Below, piece by piece: positions 58,718-64,000 of a stretch of 64,000 nt of DNA. Where the stretch lies: positions 31,358 through 95,357 of the forward strand of contig CAYSFT010000001.1 of the NCBI GenBank assembly GCA_964430755.1. Direction: 5' to 3'. The translations under genes were made by a program, and so were the position numbers. Each line of letters starts with the position of its first letter. Position 1 is the first letter of the stretch. Source of the stretch: an uncultured Lachnospiraceae bacterium (GTDB lineage: Bacteria > Bacillota > Clostridia > Oscillospirales > CAG-272). The notes under the pieces are model-generated. The model did no database searches. It saw only the letters and a list, made by a program, of their open reading frames with translations, and was not told the origin of the DNA.

Positions 58718-59219
58718 TTTCATTCTCCTCAAACATATGCGGATAAACAGCATTTTCTATCCGCCACGCTTCCCACACACCAAGCATATTCAAGACAGCA
58801 CCTATTTTGATTTTTAATTCAAATACGTTTTTCGTATCTCCTGCCGCTTCCGCCTGCTCAAGTTCAGAGAAATAATTGCATAAAATCTGATTACGTATAA
58901 ATATTTCCGCCTGCATAGCAGCTGTTAATTTTTTTTGCTCATCACTACTTAATCTTTGAAAAACATCATTCAATTTCGGATAATTGCAAAGATATTTTTT
59001 CATAATTTTAAATCTCATGTTTAAAACATCTTCTCTTTTTCCGATTGTATTGAACAAATGCCCTGCATTGCCGCACAGATTGTACATTCCAAATTCGATT
59101 TGTACGGCTTTTTTCTCAGTCGCCTTATCTTTGTCAATCATATCTAATCTGCTTTTGCATTCACTGCACTTCTCTCTTGTGAGATCTACGAGCGCCTTAT
59201 CAATTTCAAGATGTGTCAT
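58710..59219 (-). CDS. Hypothetical 169-aa protein, probably all-alpha
   Basis: ATG at 59219 has an AAAGGAG RBS 5 nt upstream. It is the first gene of a four-gene overlapping cassette, with no recognisable motif. Confidence 0.6.
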   Translation of the reverse strand: MTHLEIDKALVDLTREKCSECKSRLDMIDKDKATEKKAVQIEFGMYNLCGNAGHLFNTIGKREDVLNMRFKIMKKYLCNYPKLNDVFQRLSSDEQKKLTAAMQAEIFIRNQILCNYFSELEQAEAAGDTKNVFELKIKIGAVLNMLGVWEAWRIENAVYPHMFEENENV

Positions 59220-59267
59220 TTGTTCTCCTTTCATAGTGGCGTATACTTCTTTGTGATCACACTTATA

Positions 59268-59296
59268 TTATACTCATCTAATCACTTTTTGTCAAT
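59268..59296 (-). promoter_or_regulatory. Perfect consensus promoter of the four-gene cassette (TTGACA-17-TATAAT)
   Basis: Minus strand: TTGACA (59296-59291), a 17-nt spacer, TATAAT (59273-59268). Confidence 0.7.
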
Positions 59297-59306
59297 ATTG
59301 ATTCGA

Positions 59307-59338
59307 TGATTTTCTAATCATTCTACCAATGGTAGAAA
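59307..59338 (-). promoter_or_regulatory. Two adjacent palindromes just upstream of the -35 (candidate operators)
   Basis: ATGATT-TTCT-AATCAT (59307-59322) and TTCTACC-AAT-GGTAGAA (59322-59338). Confidence 0.45.
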
Positions 59339-59361
59339 ATATTGAAGTGCATATGCAATAC

Positions 59362-59396
59362 AAAAAAAGCAGCCCGCATTTTACTGCAGACTGCTT
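59362..59396 (-). terminator. Terminator after the small membrane-protein gene
   Basis: Minus strand: AAGCAG...CTGCTT stem followed by TTTTTTT (A-run 59362-59368 on the plus strand). Confidence 0.55.
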
Positions 59397-59403
59397 CGCC
59401 ATA

Positions 59404-59607
59404 TTATTCCTTTTTATCAAGCAAGCTGTAAATACACAAAATCAAGCCTGCCACAAAAGCAATCGGACCGCCCCAAGATAAAAGATAATTCTCTCCTATA
59501 ACCGCAATATCCGGTGCCGCAAATAAGATTTGATGCGACAAATATTCAGCACAAGAAGCGATAATTCCACACACCATTAGCGCAGAACCAAATATCATCT
59601 TTTTCAT
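59404..59607 (-). CDS. Small (67 aa) two-TM membrane protein
   Basis: An AGGAGA RBS and two hydrophobic helices. It lies 26 nt downstream of pfp. Confidence 0.55.
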   Translation of the reverse strand: MKKMIFGSALMVCGIIASCAEYLSHQILFAAPDIAVIGENYLLSWGGPIAFVAGLILCIYSLLDKKE

Positions 59608-59632
59608 GGTGATCTCCTGTCGGTAAGTTATT

Positions 59633-60868
59633 TTATCTCTTTATAACAAAATGTCTCGGCAGACCGTTCTCGTAGAACTGCTCGGGCTCACCCTGGATAA
59701 GCGGAAGAATGTAGTCAATACCTGCCTCGGTGATTCCGTTGCCCTCGGCGTTGATATATTCATCCGGCACCTCGCGGATCTTGTTCGCGATCTGTGCGAT
59801 ATCTCCGCTTTCAACGTGTACACTGTAAGCGTCACCGCCGTCACGTACATAGCACATCATCTTGCCCGACTCGCCGTTTGCCGCCGCCATTACAGCCGCT
59901 GCACCAACGCACTGCGATTCGTCAAGGTCAGCCTTCGATGCGATGTGAGAAGCACATCTCTGCATGAGGTTAAGCTCGATCGAACGAACCTTACAGCCGA
60001 TACGGTCGCGTACCGCCTGCTCAAGCACCTTACCTGTACCGGAGAGATACTTGTGACCGAATGCATCAGTCGCACCGCTCTGTGTACCCTCACCAACGTA
60101 TCTGCCGTCAGCGAAACGTACACCCTCGGAAACTGCAACAACTACATTAGGATGCTTTACAAATGCCGCATTGACGTCCTCAATGAACTTATCCATATCG
60201 AATGTGCGCTCGGGGAGATAGATGAGGTCGGGAGTAACATCACAGATACGTCCCGGAAGTGCTGCGGATGCTGTGAGCCAACCTGCGTCACGTCCCATTA
60301 TTTCAACGATTGTAACAGCCTTAACGGTGTAAACCGCAGTATCGCGGATGATCTCCTGCATAGTTGCCGCAATGTATTTTGCCGCAGAACCGAAGCCGGG
60401 AGTGTGGTCTGTTCCAACAAGGTCGTTATCAATAGTCTTCGGAACACCCATAACGCGCATTTCCCAGTCCTTATCTGCAAGATATGCAGTCAGCTTTGCA
60501 ACGGTGTCCATCGAGTCGTTGCCGCCGATATAGAAGAAATAGCGGATGTTGTTTTTCTTGAAAAACTCAACAAGTGCTTCATAAGTAGCCTTGCCTGCCT
60601 CGTCGTCAAGCTTCGGTAGCTTCTTTCTGCAGGAGCCGAGTGCAGCCGCGGGAGTTGCGCAAAGTACACGCAGGTCATCACGGTTTGCGAACACCTCGTT
60701 AAGATTGCAGATCGTTCCTGCAAGCATACCCTCAACGCCGTTGAAAGCACCGTATATTGTGTCAATTGCATCGCAGTCAAATGCACCTCTTATAACGCCT
60801 GCGAGTGTTGCATTGATAGCCGCGGTAGGGCCGCCTGACTGACCGACTATAGCATTTCCATGTAACAT
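59633..60868 (-). CDS. pfp: Diphosphate--fructose-6-phosphate 1-phosphotransferase (PPi-dependent PFK), long form
   Basis: GQSGGPTAAINA, GGNDS (Asp where ATP-PFKs have Gly in GGDGS) and PKTIDND (Lys where ATP-PFKs have Gly). ATG at 60868 has a GGAGGA RBS. Confidence 0.8.
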   Translation of the reverse strand: MLHGNAIVGQSGGPTAAINATLAGVIRGAFDCDAIDTIYGAFNGVEGMLAGTICNLNEVFANRDDLRVLCATPAAALGSCRKKLPKLDDEAGKATYEALVEFFKKNNIRYFFYIGGNDSMDTVAKLTAYLADKDWEMRVMGVPKTIDNDLVGTDHTPGFGSAAKYIAATMQEIIRDTAVYTVKAVTIVEIMGRDAGWLTASAALPGRICDVTPDLIYLPERTFDMDKFIEDVNAAFVKHPNVVVAVSEGVRFADGRYVGEGTQSGATDAFGHKYLSGTGKVLEQAVRDRIGCKVRSIELNLMQRCASHIASKADLDESQCVGAAAVMAAANGESGKMMCYVRDGGDAYSVHVESGDIAQIANKIREVPDEYINAEGNGITEAGIDYILPLIQGEPEQFYENGLPRHFVIKR

Positions 60869-60930
60869 TTTCTTTTCCTCCAAGATAGGTTATTATTATA
60901 TTGTACGGCAAATGTTGACCGTATAGAAAT

Positions 60931-60959
60931 ATTCTACCACACACAAAGGTATTTGTCAA
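60931..60959 (-). promoter_or_regulatory. Promoter of pfp (TTGACA-17-TAGAAT with TG extension)
   Basis: Minus strand: TTGACA (60959-60954), a 17-nt spacer ending in TGG, TAGAAT (60936-60931). Confidence 0.6.
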
Positions 60960-61019
60960 GTGAAGATATCATTTATAATATTATAAAAAACGCTTGATTT
61001 TTTCGGAAATATGTATAGC

Positions 61020-61051
61020 AAAAAAACTGCCCGTATCAAAAGTACAGGCAG
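61020..61051 (-). terminator. Rho-independent terminator after the cytidylate-kinase-like gene
   Basis: Minus strand: CTGCCTGTA-loop-TACGGGCAG (1 mismatch) followed by TTTTTTT. Confidence 0.7.
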
Positions 61052-61065
61052 CATTTATTCAAGCT

Positions 61066-61701
61066 TTATTTCATGCAGTGTGCTTTGTAAAATTCAACAT
61101 ACTGATAAAGCATATCGGCTGTGGGTTCGATTCCGAGTCTTGCAGAGTCGATAGCAAGATCGAAGTTCTCAAGCTTACCCCACTTCTGACCGGTGTAATA
61201 ATTGTAATAATTTGCACGGCGCTTATCAGTCTTTATGATGATATCTTTAGCCTTCTCGGGCTTGACATCGTGAAGCTCCGCAACATGCTGACAGCGGAAC
61301 TCAAGCGGCGCATAAATGAAAACCTTTATGAGGTTCGGACAGTCGCGCAGAACATAGTCCGCACATCTTCCGATGAACACCGCCGGACCCTCCTCGGCAA
61401 GCTCTTTTATAAGATCAGACTGCGTTATGAACAGCTTATCATTAATCGGCATATCAAATGCAACGCCTGCATTTCCGCCCCAGAATGAGCTGCCCATTGC
61501 GAGAGTATAAAGAAGGCTGTTCGTCGCCTTTTCGTCAGCCTCTCCGAGGACATGGTGTGCCATACCGCTTTTCTCTGCGGCGAGCTTTATAAGATCGTTA
61601 TTATAAAACTTGATACCAAGCTTCTTGGCAAGCTCCTCGCCGATATGACGTCCTGCGCTGCCGTACTGTCTTCCGATTGTTATGATAAGGTTAGAGTTCA
61701 T
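61066..61701 (-). CDS. Cytidylate kinase-like family protein (P-loop NTPase)
   Basis: IITIGRQYGSAGRHIGEELAKKLG is typical of the cytidylate-kinase-like family (not bona fide Cmk). Confidence 0.7.
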   Translation of the reverse strand: MNSNLIITIGRQYGSAGRHIGEELAKKLGIKFYNNDLIKLAAEKSGMAHHVLGEADEKATNSLLYTLAMGSSFWGGNAGVAFDMPINDKLFITQSDLIKELAEEGPAVFIGRCADYVLRDCPNLIKVFIYAPLEFRCQHVAELHDVKPEKAKDIIIKTDKRRANYYNYYTGQKWGKLENFDLAIDSARLGIEPTADMLYQYVEFYKAHCMK

Positions 61702-61791
61702 ATTGTTCCTCCTATATTTGTTACTTGGTATTATTATACACTATTTTCTAACAAATTGCAAGAGGTTTTTGGCATTTTTTCAGTTTTTCTC

Positions 61792-62739
61792 TTATTCAAA
61801 TACGGTTTCAACGACACGCTCACATTCCTCGGGAGAATATTTCCAATGCGTAATATGTCGTTCATCACTGTAAATTATATTATCTTTACCGTTCTGCGGT
61901 GCAATGCCTCGCTGAGGATCGATTATTACAAGCTTCACTTTCATCCTCTCGGGAATAATATTTTTTATGTAAACCGCCGCCGTCTGGCCAACCGATACAT
62001 CGTCACGGTATTCTGCAAGTCCTGCCAAATTCGGCGTAAGCTCAACAAAGATACCGTAAGGCTCAACGCTTCTGACAATTCCCGTCACTGTCTGTCCAAC
62101 CGAAAAGAGCGCCGCATTTTCTTCCCACGTTCCAAGCAGCTCACGGCGTGTTACAAACAAACGAGTCGGCAGTCCCGAATCGTCTCTCTCGATCGCGCGG
62201 ACAACGACACTTATCTGTGAGCCGACAGCCAGCCTATCCGCAGGATGTGTTATACGTGAAACCGACATACAGTCTATCGACAAAAGCGAAACGATACCGC
62301 ATCCGATATCGACAAACGCACCGAAATGCTCAAGATGCGTCACCTTTGCACCAATCACATCTCCGGGTAAAAGTCCGGCAAGATAATTCCTCGCACACTC
62401 AAGCTGTGCCGCACGTCGCGAAAGTGTTATAATCGGATCACCGACGCGTCTGCGCTCGATACTCATAACCTTGAAGCAGACCGGCTTTCCGACTCGCGTT
62501 ATGACCGCAATATCCTTGACCGCCTCACCGTTTGTCAGCTGAACATCGTTTTTTTCGATTGTACCGTATAATTCACCAAGCTCAACGCTCAGCGTCTGTG
62601 CACCGTGAGCCCTCACTGCAACAGCTTCGAGTATACGTCCCTCATGCATTGCGCGCTCAAGTCCCTCAAGGCTTGATATGTATTCGCGGTTTTTCTCGGT
62701 GTTGAGAAGAGTTCCCTCTGTGTAATATGCTTCCGTCAT
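61792..62739 (-). CDS. S1 RNA-binding domain-containing protein (3-4 S1 repeats)
   Basis: GDVIGAKVTHLEHFGAFVDIG and GQTVTGIVRSVEPYGIFVEL. ATG at 62739 has a GGAGG RBS. Confidence 0.75.
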   Translation of the reverse strand: MTEAYYTEGTLLNTEKNREYISSLEGLERAMHEGRILEAVAVRAHGAQTLSVELGELYGTIEKNDVQLTNGEAVKDIAVITRVGKPVCFKVMSIERRRVGDPIITLSRRAAQLECARNYLAGLLPGDVIGAKVTHLEHFGAFVDIGCGIVSLLSIDCMSVSRITHPADRLAVGSQISVVVRAIERDDSGLPTRLFVTRRELLGTWEENAALFSVGQTVTGIVRSVEPYGIFVELTPNLAGLAEYRDDVSVGQTAAVYIKNIIPERMKVKLVIIDPQRGIAPQNGKDNIIYSDERHITHWKYSPEECERVVETVFE

Positions 62740-62832
62740 TGTTCTGTCCTCCGTTTTTTGATTGTACGCTATCATTGTATTTAATACTTTCAAAATTTAT
62801 GCGAAGGTTAAAGAATTTTGCTGACAATTATA

Positions 62833-62861
62833 TTGACATTAATGCCTGCTTTTGGTATAAT
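62833..62861 (+). promoter_or_regulatory. Perfect consensus promoter upstream of eutH (TTGACA-17-TATAAT)
   Basis: TTGACA at 62833-62838 and TATAAT at 62856-62861. Confidence 0.65.
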
Positions 62862-62916
62862 ATCTGCAGATGCATTTTAATATTCAATTAATGAAAGGCA
62901 CGGTTTAAACCACGCA

Positions 62917-63996
62917 ATGAACACACTCTCGTTAATAATGCTCATCTTCGCTATATTCGGCGCAGTTGACTATCTCTTCGGAAACCGACTCGGAATCGGC
63001 AAAGAATTTGAGAAGGGCTTCTCAATCCTCGGAACGCTCGCCCTCTCAATGATCGGTATAATCGTTATATCTCCGCTTATCGCAAGCTTACTCGAACCGC
63101 TGTTTGATAAGTTTTACAACGTATTCCATATCGACCCATCAACAATCACGGCATCGCTCTTTGCAAACGATATGGGAGGCGCAGAGCTTTCAGTCAAAGC
63201 GGCAAAGGATGCGGCAGTCGGCGGATTTAACGCATATGTCGTTTCCTCGATGATGGGAGGACTCATTTCCTTCTATATTCCCTTTTCAATCGGAGTTGTA
63301 AAAAAAGAGCACCACAGCGAGCTTTTTCTCGGTCTGCTCTGCGGCACTGTTGCGATTCCCGTGGGATGTTTCATCGGCGGACTTATCTGCCGTATTCCGA
63401 TTATAACACTTATTCTCAATATGCTTCCGCTGATCATTTTTGCGGCAATAATCGCGCTCGGACTTTGGTTCTGCCCGAATGTATGCGTTAAGGTTTTCTC
63501 GGTTTTCGGTCGCTTGATAACAATCGCGCTGGTGATTGGACTTATGCTCGGAGTTGTCAATTTCCTTGCAGGCGAAGCCATCATTCCGGGAATTGCACCG
63601 ATTGAAAACGGCGTTACGATCTGCTTCAGCATTTCGGTCATACTCGCAGGCGCATTCCCTCTCATGAATATCGTATCGCGTATATTCAAAAAACCGCTCG
63701 AAAAGCTTGCAAGTAAAATGGGCGTCGGCAGCACGGCATCGGCAGGATTTTTATCAATTATAGTCACAGCACCTCTCGTTTTCGAGATGATGAATCAGGA
63801 CATGGACAAAAAAGGAATTATGTTAAATGCAGCATTCATCGTGCCTGCAGGATGCTTACTCGGTGACCATCTCGCGTTCACTCTCACATACGATGAATCG
63901 TACATAGCACCTATGCTTGCGGCAAAAGCATTATCGGGCGTATGCGCAGTGATACTCGCGCTGATAGTTTACAAGCGAACTGCAAAAAAACATTAA
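62917..63996 (+). CDS. eutH: Ethanolamine utilisation protein EutH-family transporter
   Basis: 359 aa and polytopic. The N-terminus IFGAVDYLFGNRLGIGKEFEKGF, and ANDMGGA, are characteristic of EutH. Confidence 0.8.
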   Translation: MNTLSLIMLIFAIFGAVDYLFGNRLGIGKEFEKGFSILGTLALSMIGIIVISPLIASLLEPLFDKFYNVFHIDPSTITASLFANDMGGAELSVKAAKDAAVGGFNAYVVSSMMGGLISFYIPFSIGVVKKEHHSELFLGLLCGTVAIPVGCFIGGLICRIPIITLILNMLPLIIFAAIIALGLWFCPNVCVKVFSVFGRLITIALVIGLMLGVVNFLAGEAIIPGIAPIENGVTICFSISVILAGAFPLMNIVSRIFKKPLEKLASKMGVGSTASAGFLSIIVTAPLVFEMMNQDMDKKGIMLNAAFIVPAGCLLGDHLAFTLTYDESYIAPMLAAKALSGVCAVILALIVYKRTAKKH

Positions 63997-64000
63997 TTAC

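Noticed and set aside
59651-60619. 322-aa ORF on the plus strand
   Set aside because: It is antisense to the well-supported pfp gene, has no RBS and has shadow-ORF composition.

Overview
This 64-kb window looks like a chromosomal core segment of a Firmicute. It is most likely a Clostridia gut anaerobe of the Oscillospiraceae/Ruminococcaceae type. That placement is an inference from gene content and order: hrcA-grpE-dnaK-dnaJ-prmA-rsmE with a CIRCE operator, a PPi-type phosphofructokinase, iorAB with phenylacetate-CoA ligases, and ftsEX-M23-S41. I call about 62 protein genes, mostly on the minus strand between 9.4 and 54 kb, plus 1 pseudogene. There are many sigma-A-like promoters matching or close to the TTGACA-17-TATAAT consensus, and a set of rho-independent terminators. 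I could not recognise any rRNA, tRNA, CRISPR array, transposase, integrase, reverse transcriptase or known defence gene. Most of the window is ordinary housekeeping: lysS, greA, the chaperone operon, pyrCFKD, obg, cdd, ligA, hflKC. The loci not explained by standard annotation are listed here, none of them proven to be a novel system. (1) A ~455-bp imperfect long inverted-repeat element sits in an unusually long (676 nt) dnaK-dnaJ spacer. (2) A translationally coupled VTC-domain / DUF4956 / beta-helix lipoprotein operon may be a bacterial polyphosphate-polymerase-like system. (3) An AT-rich cassette of four overlapping small genes (two unknowns, ArsR-DUF2087, XRE) lies behind a perfect consensus promoter with two adjacent palindromes. 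(4) An OmpR-type winged-helix protein with a degenerate receiver is translationally coupled to pyrC. (5) Orphan membrane subunits of a Na+-translocating decarboxylase are followed by a small protein that repeats a beta-subunit motif. (6) A 419-aa MDR dehydrogenase, an N-terminally extended SDR and a PHP phosphoesterase form an operon. (7) A GH36 alpha-galactosidase gene is broken by a frameshift and an in-frame TGA. All functional calls come from motif recognition by eye; no database search was run.
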